Positions 28,769 to 44,436 of a stretch of DNA of 64,000 bases are shown here, piece by piece. Made by a program: the position numbers and the translations under genes. Each line of letters begins with the position of its first letter. The stretch's first letter is position 1. A model generated the notes under the pieces. The model searched no databases, was not told where the DNA came from, and saw only the letters and a list, made by a program, of their open reading frames with translations. The stretch covers positions 59,727-123,726 of the forward strand of contig CAZRSJ010000001.1 of assembly GCA_964602805.1 (NCBI GenBank), in the 5' to 3' direction. The stretch is from an uncultured Chromatiales bacterium. Its GTDB lineage: Bacteria > Pseudomonadota > Gammaproteobacteria > Poriferisulfidales > Poriferisulfidaceae.

Positions 28769-30576
28769 CGCTGTCCGGAGTACAGTTTGGCGTACAGGCC
28801 GTCCTGATCCATCAACTGCTGCGGGCCGCCTTGCTCGATGATCTTCCCGTCCTCCATCACGTAAACGTGGTCGGCGTGCCGCACGGCGCTTAATCGGTGC
28901 GCCACGATCAGCATCGTGCGTCCTTCGAAGCGGGCAAATAGTTCACGATGCAAACGGTCTTCGATCTGGGTGTCCAGCATGGATGTGGCCTCATCCAGGA
29001 TCAGGACCTCCGGGTCCATTAGCACGGTCCGGGCAATCGAGAGGCGTTGCCTCTGGCCTCCCGAAAGCCGAATCCCGTCCACTCCGAGCTGAGTTTCCAG
29101 TTTCTGCGGCAAGGCCTGCGCCCATTCTTGAAGCTGGGAAACCCGCAGAGCTTCCCACAGCGCATCGTCGGACAGGGATTGCCCCAGTGTCAGGTTCGAT
29201 CGAAGCGTATCGTTGAACAAGGTCGGGTGCTGGAGCACGATCGCGACATTTTCCCGCACCGTCTCGAAGCCGATCTCCCGTACGGACCGCCCCCCGAACC
29301 GGATCTCGCCCGAATCGGCCGGATACAGGCCGAGCAGAACCTGCATGAGGGTCGATTTCCCGGCTCCGCTGGCTCCCACGAACGCCACCTTCTCTCCCGC
29401 CGCCACCCGCAGGGTAATGCCGTTCAATGTTGGTTGCTCGGGGATGAAAGAAAAATGCACGTCTTCAAGTTCCAGGGACGTGGTGGGAACGGCGTCGAAC
29501 GGGTTGTGAACATGAGGATATTGAGGCTCTTCCTGGAACTTCAGAATCCGGTTGACTCGGCTCAACGCGGCAGATGCCGCGTAGTAGGCGTACTGCACCC
29601 CGAGCAACTCCTGCACGGGTGCGATCATGAACCACAGGTAGCCGAACACCGCCATCATCTCCCCGATGCTGAGGTCGGAAAACACCACCATCAACATACT
29701 GACCGCACGGAAGATGTCGAAACCGAGCAGGAACACAGTGCCTGAGGCCCGATTCGCCATCTCGCTCTTCCAGAAGTAGGCCGTGGACCAGTCGCGGACG
29801 CCCCGCGCCTCATCCATCACACGAAGAATGTAATGGCGTTCCCGGTTGTGCGCCCGGATCTGGTGGATTCCATCCAAGGTTTCGGTCAGGGACTGCTGGA
29901 AGTGTTCAATTGCAGAATTTTCTCGTTTTTTCAACTCCTTGACCCGCCGCCCCAGCACAATCGTGAAATAGATCACCAACGGATTCATGCACAGAATGAA
30001 CAGTGCCAGACCCCAGTGCAACCACAGCAGCACAGCCGCCGTCCCGACGATGGTGAGGCCAGCCACCACGAACTTGCCCACGGTGATGGCCACGAAATCG
30101 TCAATGGTCTGCAAGTCCGTGACCAAGTGGGCCGAGACCGTGCCGCTGCCCAGGGTTTCGTATTCGGACAGGCTGGTTCGTTCGAGTCGTTGCAGCAACT
30201 GGCAACGCAACCGGTACACCATGTCCTTGGAGATGGTCGCCAGTTCCCGCACCTGGAACGCATGCAACAGAATCGACGTGAGCCGCAGAAAGATTGCCAC
30301 GAGCAGGATTACGCCGACGTACAGGATCGGGCCATGCCATGACTCGGGCGACCACGTCTGGATCAAGGGAACCAGGAAGGCTGGCTGCTCCAGCAGAACC
30401 TCGTCCACCAGCAAGGGCATCAGCAACGGCAGCGGGACACTTGCGGCCGTTGCGGCGATCGCCACCAGGTGTGCGTCAATCAACTGCCGGCGATGGTGCC
30501 GGATCAGGTAGACCAGATAGCGAAGGGTGTATTCCTCAGGTGGCTTGCCTTCGACAACCTGCGCCGTTGCGGTCAT
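28762..30576 (-). CDS. ABC exporter, fused permease plus ATPase (MsbA-like half transporter)
   Basis: Start MTATAQ (ATG overlaps the thioredoxin TGA as ATGA). Six TM helices, then Walker [10 protein letters not shown], signature LSGGQRQR, Walker B ILDEATS. Confidence 0.85.
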   Translation of the reverse strand: MTATAQVVEGKPPEEYTLRYLVYLIRHHRRQLIDAHLVAIAATAASVPLPLLMPLLVDEVLLEQPAFLVPLIQTWSPESWHGPILYVGVILLVAIFLRLTSILLHAFQVRELATISKDMVYRLRCQLLQRLERTSLSEYETLGSGTVSAHLVTDLQTIDDFVAITVGKFVVAGLTIVGTAAVLLWLHWGLALFILCMNPLVIYFTIVLGRRVKELKKRENSAIEHFQQSLTETLDGIHQIRAHNRERHYILRVMDEARGVRDWSTAYFWKSEMANRASGTVFLLGFDIFRAVSMLMVVFSDLSIGEMMAVFGYLWFMIAPVQELLGVQYAYYAASAALSRVNRILKFQEEPQYPHVHNPFDAVPTTSLELEDVHFSFIPEQPTLNGITLRVAAGEKVAFVGASGAGKSTLMQVLLGLYPADSGEIRFGGRSVREIGFETVRENVAIVLQHPTLFNDTLRSNLTLGQSLSDDALWEALRVSQLQEWAQALPQKLETQLGVDGIRLSGGQRQRLSIARTVLMDPEVLILDEATSMLDTQIEDRLHRELFARFEGRTMLIVAHRLSAVRHADHVYVMEDGKIIEQGGPQQLMDQDGLYAKLYSGQRH

Positions 30577-30938
30577 GAAGCGGAGCGTTCCTTGATTTGA
30601 GCGTGAATCGGCTCCATGTCCAGTTCTTTCGCCTTCTGCACCAAGTCTTCCAACTGGGCGATGGACAGCGCGCCCGGCTGTGCAAACAGTTGAATCTGCT
30701 CGCGGAACAGCATCAAGGTGGGAATCGAGCGAATCTGAAACGCCTGAGCCAATTCCGCCTGCTCTTCGGTATCGATCTTGCCGAAAACAATGTCCGGGTG
30801 ATTCTCCGACACCGTTTCGAACACGGGCGCAAAACTCTTGCACGGCCCGCACCATTCGGCCCAGAAATCCACCACCACGATGTCGTTGTTGTCGACGGTA
30901 TCGTTGAAATTCTCCTTGGTCAGTTCAATGACGCTCAT
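30573..30938 (-). CDS. Thioredoxin (WCGPC) with a short C-terminal extension
   Basis: 121 aa. FWAEWCGPCK active site. Stop overlaps the start of the ABC exporter gene. Confidence 0.85.
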   Translation of the reverse strand: MSVIELTKENFNDTVDNNDIVVVDFWAEWCGPCKSFAPVFETVSENHPDIVFGKIDTEEQAELAQAFQIRSIPTLMLFREQIQLFAQPGALSIAQLEDLVQKAKELDMEPIHAQIKERSAS

Positions 30939-30964
30939 TTGAGTCTCCTATGCTCCAAGCGCCA

Positions 30965-32311
30965 TCACAGACGCGATTCCAGATGTTGACAAATGTCCGA
31001 CCCTGCACGATTGCTCATGACCAGGACAACACCGCCGGATACGAGTTGCTCACGGATCTGCGCCTCCAAGGTGGCCAGATCGGTCGTGACGCTAACCTGC
31101 CCGTGAGCCTGCCCCCATTCCGCGACATCCCACTGCATCTCCTGCGACACGTGCAACCAGTTCCGGTCCGCCTCCTGCAAGGCTTCGGCAAGGGAATCCC
31201 GGTGTACGCCCAGCCGCATACTGTTCGAAGCCGGCTCGACTACCGCAAGAATTGGCTGATCCGGATGTCGTTCTCTCACGGCTTCGATGCTCGCACGTAT
31301 CTCGGTCGGATGATGGGCAAAATCATCATACAGGTAGACTCCCCCGTTCCGGGTGGGGCGCTGTGTCAGTCGACGCAGAACGCCTTCGAAAGATGCCAGC
31401 GCATCGGCCGCCGTCTGCACCGGGACGCCAGCATGTACTGCCGCCGCCACGGCGGCCGTAGCATTCAATGCATTGTGCATCCCCAAAGGTTGATGGCCTC
31501 GCGCCACGTAGGTCGCCCCGTCATACTGGATCGCCAGCTCCTGCCCGGGTTGCCACTGGCAGCACCAGTCACTGTCTTCCTCGAAACCGAACGTCTCCAC
31601 CGGAGTCCAACACCCCATGTCCAAGACTTTCTGCAAGTTCGTATCGCCCGCCCGGCACAGGATGCGGCCTTCGCTCGGAACCGTACGCAACAGGTGGTGA
31701 AACTGGCGCTGGATGGCCTCAAGGTCGTCAAAAATGTCCGCATGGTCGTATTCCAAATTGGTCAGAACCAGCGTCTGCGGACGGTAGTGGACAAATTTCG
31801 ACCGCTTGTCGAAAAATGCCGTATCGTATTCATCGGCCTCGATCACAAAGTACGGCGGTTGCCCGGCCTGAGCGCTCTTCTGCGTCCGGGCCGCCACCCC
31901 TCCGATCAGGTATCCCGGAGACCCGCCCGCTTCGATCAGGATGTGCGCCAGCATCGCGCTGGTTGTAGTCTTGCCGTGCGTGCCCGCAACCGCCAACACC
32001 CAGCGCTCGCGCAGCAGGTGGTCCCGAAGCCACTGGGGACCCGAGACGTACGGGATTGAACTGTTCAGCAACTGCTCGACGATCGCATGGCCCCGGCTCA
32101 TCACGTTGCCCACGACCACGCAGTCCGGAGGCGGTTCCAGATGAGACCACTCGTAACCGACGTTACACTCCACCCCGGCCTGTTCCAGCTGGGTGCTCAT
32201 GGGAGGATAAAGTGCCGCATCGGATCCGGTGACCCGGTGCCCGCACTCGGAGGCGATCCGGGCAATACCGGCCATGAAGCTTCCGGCTACGCCCAAGATG
32301 TGAAGATGCAC
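30965..32311 (-). CDS. mpl: UDP-N-acetylmuramate:L-alanyl-gamma-D-glutamyl-meso-diaminopimelate ligase
   Basis: Start at GTG 32309-32311 (MHLHILGVAGSFMAG, matching E. coli Mpl MRIHILGICGTFMGG). Mur-ligase ATP site GTHGKTTT. Confidence 0.85.
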   Translation of the reverse strand: MHLHILGVAGSFMAGIARIASECGHRVTGSDAALYPPMSTQLEQAGVECNVGYEWSHLEPPPDCVVVGNVMSRGHAIVEQLLNSSIPYVSGPQWLRDHLLRERWVLAVAGTHGKTTTSAMLAHILIEAGGSPGYLIGGVAARTQKSAQAGQPPYFVIEADEYDTAFFDKRSKFVHYRPQTLVLTNLEYDHADIFDDLEAIQRQFHHLLRTVPSEGRILCRAGDTNLQKVLDMGCWTPVETFGFEEDSDWCCQWQPGQELAIQYDGATYVARGHQPLGMHNALNATAAVAAAVHAGVPVQTAADALASFEGVLRRLTQRPTRNGGVYLYDDFAHHPTEIRASIEAVRERHPDQPILAVVEPASNSMRLGVHRDSLAEALQEADRNWLHVSQEMQWDVAEWGQAHGQVSVTTDLATLEAQIREQLVSGGVVLVMSNRAGSDICQHLESRL

Positions 32312-32330
32312 GCCGGCTCGATTGCGCCGC

Positions 32331-33095
32331 CTATCTGGCGAACACCCACTCCGTTTCCGTCGACATCTCCGGAGAATACCGGTAGCCCCCGTCGGTGAAT
32401 CCGGTAATCGCATCCACCTTGGTCAGGCGGTTCTTGATGATGTGCCGGGTCATCATGCCCCGCGCCTTCTTGGCGAATAATCCGATGACCCGGTACTGGC
32501 GGCCCTTGCGCTCCTTGAACACCGGAGTGATGACCGGCACATCGAGTCCTTCCGGACGAACCGCCTTGAAGTATTCCTGGGAAGCCAGATTGACCAGCAC
32601 CGAACCCTTCTGGCCGGACAGTGCTTCGCGGAGACCCTCGGTGATCCGGTTGCCCCAGAATTGGTACAGGTTGTCGCCGCGCGAAGTCCCCAGCCGGGTG
32701 CCCATTTCCAGCCGATACGGCTGGATCAGATCCAGTGGGCGTAGCAGGCCGTAAAGGCCAGACAGGATGCGCAAGTGCTTCTGCGCGAAATTCAGGTCGT
32801 GCCGGGTGAAGTCCCCCGCGCCCAATCCCGTGTAGACGTCTCCCTTGAACGTCAAGGCAGCCGGACGGGCATTATCCGAGGTAAACGGGGTCTTCCACTG
32901 GTGGTAGCGGTCGAAGTTCAGGTTGGCGAGCTTCATGCTCACGCGCATCAGTTCCGCGATGTCGTCCGACGACAACTCGCGAAGGCAGCGAATCAACTGG
33001 CGGGATTCCTTCAGGTAATCCGGCTGCGTGCAGATCGCGGCATCCGCGCACGCCTCGGGATCCAACGTCTTGGAGGGAGAAAGGACAACTAGCAT
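32331..33095 (-). CDS. yaaA: Peroxide-stress protein YaaA (UPF0246)
   Basis: Start MLVVLSPSKTL (YaaA N-terminus). The track ORF is extended upstream. Confidence 0.85.
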   Translation of the reverse strand: MLVVLSPSKTLDPEACADAAICTQPDYLKESRQLIRCLRELSSDDIAELMRVSMKLANLNFDRYHQWKTPFTSDNARPAALTFKGDVYTGLGAGDFTRHDLNFAQKHLRILSGLYGLLRPLDLIQPYRLEMGTRLGTSRGDNLYQFWGNRITEGLREALSGQKGSVLVNLASQEYFKAVRPEGLDVPVITPVFKERKGRQYRVIGLFAKKARGMMTRHIIKNRLTKVDAITGFTDGGYRYSPEMSTETEWVFAR

Positions 33096-33127
33096 GGTTG
33101 AATGATGGGTAGTCCCGAAACTTGGGA

Positions 33128-37229
<4,102 letters not shown>

Positions 37230-37237
<8 letters not shown>

Positions 37238-40200
37238 GGCTCACCTCTGCCTGCTCGACCATTTCCATCGCCTGAGCCACGTTCACGGTAACCAGCCGGG
37301 ACACGCCGGGCTCGTTCATCGTCACTCCGACCAACTGGTCGACATGCTCCATGGTGATCTTGTTATGCGTGACGATGATGAACTGAACCTGTTCGCTCAT
37401 CTCGTTCAGAATCTGGCAGAAGCGCAGCAGGTTGTCATCGGACAAGGGGGCATCCACCTCGTCCAGGATGCAGAACGGCGCCGGGTTCAACATGAACAGC
37501 GATAGCACCAGCGACACGGCGACCATCGCCTGCTCCCCGCCGGACAGCATGTGCATGTTGCGGTAGCGCTTCCCGGGAGGGCGTGCACGGACTTCGATGC
37601 CGGTGCTGAGGAGGTTTTGCTCGGTCATCACCAAGTTGGCCTCACCACCCTCGCCGATGATGCGCGGGAACATCTGCTTCAGGTTTTCATTGACCTGGCT
37701 GAACGTCCGGCGAAAACGCTCGCGTGTCTCACGATCAATTTTCTCCATGGCATGATTCAGTTTTTCAAGTGCCGCCTGAATGTCGTTCATCCGCTCTTCT
37801 TCCTTGTTCTTCTTCTCCAGCAACTCATCGTATTCCTGTGCTGCCGCCATGTTGACCGGCGGCATTCTCTCCAGTCGGCGCAGGACCCGGGTCACCTTCT
37901 CTTCCCACTGGTCCGCATCGGCATCCTCCGGCAGGGTCTGCAGAATCTGCTCGGGTTCGCATTCCTGTTCGCGCAGTTGGCTGAGCAGTTGCTCGCAGGC
38001 GTTCTGAATCTCCTGCCGCTTCAAGTCTTTGTCGTGCAGATCCTTCCCCAGTTCCGTGAACCTTTGGTTGGACTCCCAGCGCTTGCGGTCCAACTCGCTC
38101 AACTCCGAGTTCAACTGGTCGGATGCGGCCCGTTCCCGGCGCAAATGCTCTTCCGCTTCCCGCTCTTTTTCCCGCTTTCCCTTCAACTGTTGTTCCAGGT
38201 CTTCGTCTTCCTGAACCTCAGCCAGGCCCTGCGACAGTTGGTCCCGGCGTATGCGATGCCGCTGCAACGTGTTCTGTTCCCGGGACAATTGCTGCTGCCG
38301 GGTTTCGATCTTCATCTGCGCCGTATTGACCTCTAGTTGAAACCGGTTCAGTTCCTCGGACTGCCGCCGGACCTCCTCGTCGCTTTTGCGCAGGACTTCC
38401 TGTGCGTCTGTATGGGCCGCATCCGCGCGAACGCTGTCCTGATCCAAGTCCTTGATCTGCTGTTCGCACCTCTGCAGCCTGTTTTGGGATTGTCGAATAT
38501 TCTGTTGCAATTTTTCCAGCCGCTGAGCCTGGTTTTCGAGCCCCTGCAGTTGAGCCTTGCTGGCAGCGAATTCCTCGAATGCCTGATCATATTCGGCCTG
38601 CAGGGCGGAACGACTCTCTTCCTGCTGCCTCAATTCCTGCTCCGCAGCCTGCTTGTGCTGCCCGATTTCCCTGGATTCGGATTCCAACTGCTTCAGCTTT
38701 TCTCCCAGCGCCTCGATTTCACGCCGCCGTTCCAGCGCCCCTTCCGCCTGGCCTTCCGCAGCAGGTAGACGCATCCAGTCCGGACCCAGCCAAACTCCGC
38801 TCTGGGTGATAATCGATTGATGCGGCAGCAATGAATCGCGCACAGCGTAGGCCTGCTCCAGAGTCTCCGCAGCCAGCACTCCGCCCAGTTGGGACTCCAG
38901 CGAGAACGGGCTCTTGACCCGGCTCGCCAGCGACATGCGGTCAAGTTCGCGCGTCCCGGACGACCGGCGATCCAGCAACATCAGCGGGCTGGTCCCCGGC
39001 ACTCGCGTTTCATCGACCGTCTCTGGCAGCCCTTCCACGCAAAACGCTTCCAGGTTTTCCGCCAACACGGTTTCCACCGCGAATTCCCAACCGCTTTCTA
39101 CTTCGATATGGTTCATCAGGCGTTCTCCCTGCAGGCGCATCTCCTGCAGGGCTTTCGCATGCGCTTCTGAATCACTCGTCAGGCCGGCTTGTTGCAGGGC
39201 TTCCAGCGAAGCCAGGCGCCCCTGCGCCTGGGTCTTCTGCTCTTGCGCTGCTGACAATGCTTCCGCGTGCCGCTTCAGATCCAGACGAGCCTGCTGAATC
39301 TGATCCCAGTTCTGCTCCAGCTGCTCTTTGCACTGCTGCCAGGAAAGCCTCGCTGCATCGCATTTCTCTTTCAACGCGGTCCGCGGGTCTCCGCTTGCTT
39401 CCACCGCTCCCCCTGTCTCCCGCAGATGCTGCAATTCGTTCTTGGATTGCTGCAATTGCGTCTGTTCCCGGGTCCGTTCTTCACGAATGGAGCCGATCTG
39501 TTCTCGAATCGTGTCGATTTTTTCCTGGCACTGCCGGAGAGCCTCGACCTGCTGCGTTCTCAAGGTTTCCGTCTTTTCTTGTTCAGCCTGAATTCTGGCC
39601 AATTCCTGGCGATTCTGGTCATGTTGCTGCCCCAGACGCTGCAAATCCTCCCGAACTTTCTCTCCGCTCTCCTCCAACTCCCCGATCTCCACATCCAGCC
39701 GTTCGATTTCCTGGACCGCCTGATCTTTCCGCTCGCGTTGCAGCCGGATCCGCTGATCTATGGAGCCCGCGTCCGCCAAGAGTTGCTGGTGGAGCGCCGC
39801 CGCTTCATCCGTTGACCGCCGGTTCAGATCGTATTCGCTGCGTTTTTTCTCATAATCCTCGTTCAAGGCCTTCAGCTTGTTCTCCTCCTGAACACGTTTT
39901 TTCTCGACGCCTGCGTATTCCTTTTCCCGGTCTTCCAAGATCTTGCTTTGCTCCTGAAGTTGCAGGCTGAACCATTCGTTTTCACGCGCACGATGTTCTT
40001 TCTGCAGGGATTCAAGCTTGCTCGCCTGTCCTTTTTGCTGTTTCAAATGGCGCAAGTGTTGTTCGTGCTCTTGCAGTATGTCCTGCAGCCGGCTGAGATT
40101 CTCTTCGGTGCGGCGTATCCGGTTTTCGGTGTCCCGGCGACGTTCTCGGTACAGGGAAATCCCGGCGGCTTCCTCAATGTACTTGCGCATCTCATCAGGT

Positions 40201-40670
40201 TTCGCCTCGATCAGCCCCTGCACCATGCCTTGGGCAATGATGGCGTAATTGCCCCGGCCGAGTCCGGTTCCCTGGAACAGGTCGGAGACATCCTTGCGGC
40301 GGACATGAGTGCCGTTGATGTAGTAGCGGGACTGGTGCTCCGCTTCACGGGAGACTTCGCGGCGGATCCTGATTTCGCTGAAATTCGCGTATTCGCCTCC
40401 GATCCGCCCGAGGCTGTTGTCGATGACGACTTCGATCGAAGCCTGATCCAGCCGCTTCCGGGAATCCGAACCGTCGAAGATGATGTCGTCGAGAGTTTCG
40501 CCACGGATGTTGCGGGCGCTTTCGCCGAGAACCCAGCGGATGGCATCGATGATATTGGACTTGCCGCAACCGTTGGGACCGACCACGCCGGTCAGCGGCA
40601 GATCGAAGATGACTCGGGTCGGCTCCACGAAAGATTTGAAGCCGGACATCTGGATGCTGGTCAAGCGCAT
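37230..40670 (-). CDS. smc: Chromosome partition protein SMC
   Basis: 1146 aa. N-terminal Walker A GPNGCGKSN. Long coiled coils, hinge, and C-terminal signature LSGGE...Walker B ILDEVDA. Confidence 0.9.
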
Positions 40671-40742
40671 GTCAGGTCGCCCTGTATTAGAATGGCGGCA
40701 TCGTCAACCGGGGCAGAAAACTGACCTGAGAGCGGTTACTCC

Positions 40743-41141
40743 ATGACTGCCCAGCCATCCAAAACACTTGAGACGTTTGATAATCCTGAACCTGCACGGG
40801 ATTATACTATTCGCCTTGAAATTCCGGAGTTCACTTGCCTGTGTCCGTTGACCGGACAGCCTGATTTTGCGGCATTAACTCTCGAATATGTCCCGGACGT
40901 CCTGTGCGTCGAACTCAAGTCCCTCAAGCTGTATATCTGGTCCTTCCGAGACGAGGGAGCGTTCCACGAGGCCGTCAGCAACCAGATTCTCAATGATCTC
41001 GTGAAACTTATGGCTCCCCGCTTCATGCGCTTGACCGCAGCATTCCGGGTACGGGGCGGCATTGCCACCACGGTTACGGTCGAACACCGCAAAGAAGGCT
41101 GGGTATCGCCCGAGTCCGTCGCCCTCCCCCCGGCGCGTTGA
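40743..41141 (+). CDS. queF: NADPH-dependent 7-cyano-7-deazaguanine reductase (type I QueF)
   Basis: 132 aa. Catalytic Cys in [14 protein letters not shown] and E..K motif. Confidence 0.9.
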   Translation: MTAQPSKTLETFDNPEPARDYTIRLEIPEFTCLCPLTGQPDFAALTLEYVPDVLCVELKSLKLYIWSFRDEGAFHEAVSNQILNDLVKLMAPRFMRLTAAFRVRGGIATTVTVEHRKEGWVSPESVALPPAR

Positions 41142-41869
41142 AAGATTTCCTGATTGGCTTCGGGTATCCCTGGCGCGGACTGGGTGTCCTGTTCCAGCCG
41201 CGCCTGCGCGCACTGGCATGGTGGCCGATCGTCATCAATGCCGTACTTTTCTCTGTCGCCTTCTATTTTCTGGTCATAGAAGTCAACAATTGGATTTCCG
41301 ATCTCTTGCCTGGGTGGCTGACATGGTTGGAATGGCTGCTATGGCCACTGTTCATGCTGATCGCGCTGGCCGCCACGCTGTTCAGCTTTGCCCGTATTAC
41401 CAATTTGATCGCCGTGCCGTTCAATGCCCGGCTCTGCCGGGCGCTTATGCGGATGCAGCCGGACGATCCGCTGACGCAGGCTGCGGAGAAACAGACGTGG
41501 CGAAATGATTTGCGCCTGATCGGGCACGAGGTCCTGAAACTTGCCGTCTATCTCGCGTGGTTTCTCCCTTTGCTTGCCATGTCTTTTATTCCTTTTATCG
41601 GTTTTTTGGCCCAGATCGTGCTTCTCTACTACGGAATGTACTGGTGTGCCCTGGAATATTTGGACTACCCGCTCAGCGAGGCGGGAACTTCGATGCGGCA
41701 GCTCCGGACCCGGTTGCGCGAACAGAGATTCCTGACTCTCGGATTTGGGGCAGGCCAGCTTTTATTGTCCCTGACCCCGGTGTTCAACCTGATGTCCGTC
41801 CCTGCCGGGGTAGTGGCCGCCACCCGGCTATGCCAACAAAGACCTCTTAACCCTCCGGCATCGGACTGA
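41138..41869 (+). CDS. cysZ: Sulfate transporter CysZ
   Basis: 243 aa. Four hydrophobic segments. Conserved CysZ N-terminus GFGYPWRGL. Confidence 0.85.
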   Translation: MKDFLIGFGYPWRGLGVLFQPRLRALAWWPIVINAVLFSVAFYFLVIEVNNWISDLLPGWLTWLEWLLWPLFMLIALAATLFSFARITNLIAVPFNARLCRALMRMQPDDPLTQAAEKQTWRNDLRLIGHEVLKLAVYLAWFLPLLAMSFIPFIGFLAQIVLLYYGMYWCALEYLDYPLSEAGTSMRQLRTRLREQRFLTLGFGAGQLLLSLTPVFNLMSVPAGVVAATRLCQQRPLNPPASD

Positions 41870-41883
41870 CGAAAGAATCGACG

Positions 41884-43197
41884 TCAAGTCCGGTCCCGCG
41901 CCTGGCGGCAGGTCAATGCGACCGGAATTCCCGGCAGGCGATACGCCTTGCGAAACCGGTTGGCCAGATAGCGACGGTAAGCACGCGGCATCAATTCAAC
42001 GCGCGACCCATGCAGGACGAGCCGCAACGGATGGTTCCCCCCCTGGTGGCCGTACCGGATATGGACTCGTCCTCCGCGAACCCGTGGCGGTGGATTCTGC
42101 TGTACGGCCCGCCGCAGGAAATTGTTGACTTCGGGTGTAGAGAAACTCCGCTCCGCGGCATCATGCAATTGAACCGCCTCTTGCAGCAGGCGGCCGAGCC
42201 CCGAGCCCTTGACTCCAGATGTGCGCACAACCGGAAGGTAGGAAGCAAATTGAAGCCGGCGTCCCAAGCGCTGCGCGGCCCAGGCCTGCTGCTCCGAGCC
42301 TAGCAGGTCGCACTTGTTCAAGGCTATGACGACGGCACGACCGGTATCCAGCGCCAGCGCGGCCAACGCCGCATCCTGCTCCGCCACCCCCTGCGCAGCG
42401 TCAATCACCACGATCGCCACCTGCGCGCGCTGCACCGAACGGAGCGCCTGCGCTACGCTAAATTTCTCAAGCGAATCGGGCTCGATTCGACTCTTGCGGC
42501 GGATTCCTGCCGTATCGACCAGCGTCATTTCCCGATCCCGGAAAGTGAGTTGCACGTCGATGCTGTCCCGGGTCGTACCAGGCTCGGGCGACACGACCAA
42601 TCGATCGCTTTGCAGCAGACGGTTGATCAAAGTAGATTTGCCCGCGTTGGGTCGCCCAATCACCGAAACCCGGATTCGGCTTGGGTCTGGATCCGAATCC
42701 GCCGACACCGCCTCGGCCGGGATCGCAGAATCTAGCAGCGCCATGACTCCCGAACCCCGCTTTGCGCTGATTCCGAACAATGCGTTCGCGCCAAGTTCGG
42801 CGAATTCCGCCACCGCCGCATGCGAGTCGCGCCCATCGACCTTATTGACCGCTACCAGAAGCGGTTTGCCACAGGTGCGCAGGCGCGCATGAAATTCCTG
42901 ATCGCTGGCAACACAGCCTTCTTGCGCATCGACCACCAATACCAGAATATCCGCCTCTTCGATCGCCTGTTCGGTCTGCCGCAGCAGCCCCCGCTCTATT
43001 TCGGTGTGGGCTTCGGTCATACCACCGGTGTCGACCACGACGAACGTGCGGCCACCATGATCCGCCAACCGGTAGCGCCGATCCCGGGTGACCCCGGGAA
43101 CGTCCGCGACCAAAGCGTCCCGACTGCCAGTCAGGCGGTTAAAAAGAGTGGACTTGCCGACATTGGGCCGGCCGAGCAAGGCGACGACGGGAACCAT
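41884..43197 (-). CDS. der: Ribosome-biogenesis GTPase Der (EngA), two GTPase domains plus KH-like domain
   Basis: G1 motifs GRPNVGKST and GRPNAGKST. DTGG/DTAG G3 motifs. Confidence 0.9.
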   Translation of the reverse strand: MVPVVALLGRPNVGKSTLFNRLTGSRDALVADVPGVTRDRRYRLADHGGRTFVVVDTGGMTEAHTEIERGLLRQTEQAIEEADILVLVVDAQEGCVASDQEFHARLRTCGKPLLVAVNKVDGRDSHAAVAEFAELGANALFGISAKRGSGVMALLDSAIPAEAVSADSDPDPSRIRVSVIGRPNAGKSTLINRLLQSDRLVVSPEPGTTRDSIDVQLTFRDREMTLVDTAGIRRKSRIEPDSLEKFSVAQALRSVQRAQVAIVVIDAAQGVAEQDAALAALALDTGRAVVIALNKCDLLGSEQQAWAAQRLGRRLQFASYLPVVRTSGVKGSGLGRLLQEAVQLHDAAERSFSTPEVNNFLRRAVQQNPPPRVRGGRVHIRYGHQGGNHPLRLVLHGSRVELMPRAYRRYLANRFRKAYRLPGIPVALTCRQARDRT

Positions 43198-43212
43198 GGC
43201 CGAAAACCCGAA

Positions 43213-44436
43213 TCATGATTTGCCCGCGGCTGTTCCCAGCAACGGTACAAATTGGTAGGCCGCAAATTGGCCATTGAGGTGCAGCAGGTAAATTCGATCC
43301 AGCCGCACTTGCGGGGGAGCCTGCAGAGGACCGTCAACCTTGTGACGTGCGACGATTTCGCCGTCGGTGATCTGGAACCAGTGCAAATAGCCTTCGAAGT
43401 CGACTGCAATGACATGCAGGCCGGTTGGCGCAGGTGCGCTGAGATCCCGGTATGCGAGTTCATCCTGTTCCCAGTGCACGCCACCACTCTTTCGATTCAG
43501 CGACCACAGAGTGCTTTGGAGGTCGGTCACGTACATGGCCACTTCATCGACCCCCGGGGCGTGGAGGGCTTTTATTTCTTTCGCCCACAGCAGGTTGCCT
43601 TCCACTGTTTCCACCGCACCAACCTGGTTGCTCAGTGCGGCGGCATAAGCCACTCCTTCCACTAGTCGTACCGGCCCGTCTATGTCTACGACTCGTTCCA
43701 GTTCGGTTCGGCCGGTTGGAATCGCCAACCGCACCTCCCAGTGCTGCAATCCGCTCTCGGAATCAAATGCGATCAGCCGCCCGTCATCGAATCCGGCTAT
43801 CAGTCGATCCTCCTGCGCTGCCGGTTCACCTGCACCGCGCAAAGTCAGGCTGGGGCTGCTATGGACATGGCTCCACAGCAAAGTCCCATCCTCGGCATTT
43901 AGCACGCTCAGGCGACCATCGTTGCTGCGAACAGCCAAGTAGCCGTCCGGCAAGGCCTTCAAACTCAACACTTCGCTGGGGACGGTCTGCTTCCAAACTT
44001 GGGCACCGGTCTCTCGGTTCAAAGCGAACACTTCCTGCCCCCAGGTTCCCACATAGGCTCGATGGTTATCGGCCGCAACACCTGCCAAGATTGTTCCTTC
44101 GACACTGGCTTCCCAGATCCTTGCACCCGTCGAGGCATTCAGTGCGACTACTTCGCCATCATTGGCAGCCAGTAGCACATGATCGCGATCAATCCACGGT
44201 GCCACGTGGCTGTCCGGGTCGCTGTACTCGGAACCGACCGAATAATCCCACAGCGGGGTCAGCGCAATTCGGTTGATTACCGGCTGCAGCTCGGCAATGC
44301 GCGACGGTTCTTTCTCCCAAAGTTCCTTAATGCCACCGAGTGGGTCGATATCGGCACAGGCCGACAGTCCCACCGCACAAGCAAGCAGCAGGACCGTCGA
44401 ATCAATTGGCTTCACTCTGCTCTCCGAGTTCGGCAA
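43213..44436 (-). CDS. bamB: Outer-membrane protein assembly factor BamB (PQQ-repeat beta-propeller lipoprotein)
   Basis: Lipobox LLLACAVGLSAC. Repeated W/G-containing propeller blades. Confidence 0.85.
   Translation of the reverse strand: MPNSESRVKPIDSTVLLLACAVGLSACADIDPLGGIKELWEKEPSRIAELQPVINRIALTPLWDYSVGSEYSDPDSHVAPWIDRDHVLLAANDGEVVALNASTGARIWEASVEGTILAGVAADNHRAYVGTWGQEVFALNRETGAQVWKQTVPSEVLSLKALPDGYLAVRSNDGRLSVLNAEDGTLLWSHVHSSPSLTLRGAGEPAAQEDRLIAGFDDGRLIAFDSESGLQHWEVRLAIPTGRTELERVVDIDGPVRLVEGVAYAAALSNQVGAVETVEGNLLWAKEIKALHAPGVDEVAMYVTDLQSTLWSLNRKSGGVHWEQDELAYRDLSAPAPTGLHVIAVDFEGYLHWFQITDGEIVARHKVDGPLQAPPQVRLDRIYLLHLNGQFAAYQFVPLLGTAAGKS

Noticed and set aside
28762-30855. 93-codon N-terminal extension of the ABC exporter ORF running through the thioredoxin gene
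   Set aside because: It would overlap the whole thioredoxin gene. The internal ATG 30574-30576 forms an ATGA junction with the thioredoxin stop and gives a normal exporter N-terminus.
37551-40724. Several long plus-strand ORFs (258-261 aa) and apparent low-complexity repeats within the smc region
   Set aside because: They are antisense or off-frame to smc. The repetitiveness reflects the Gln/Glu/Leu/Arg-rich coiled-coil coding sequence, not DNA repeats or a mobile element.
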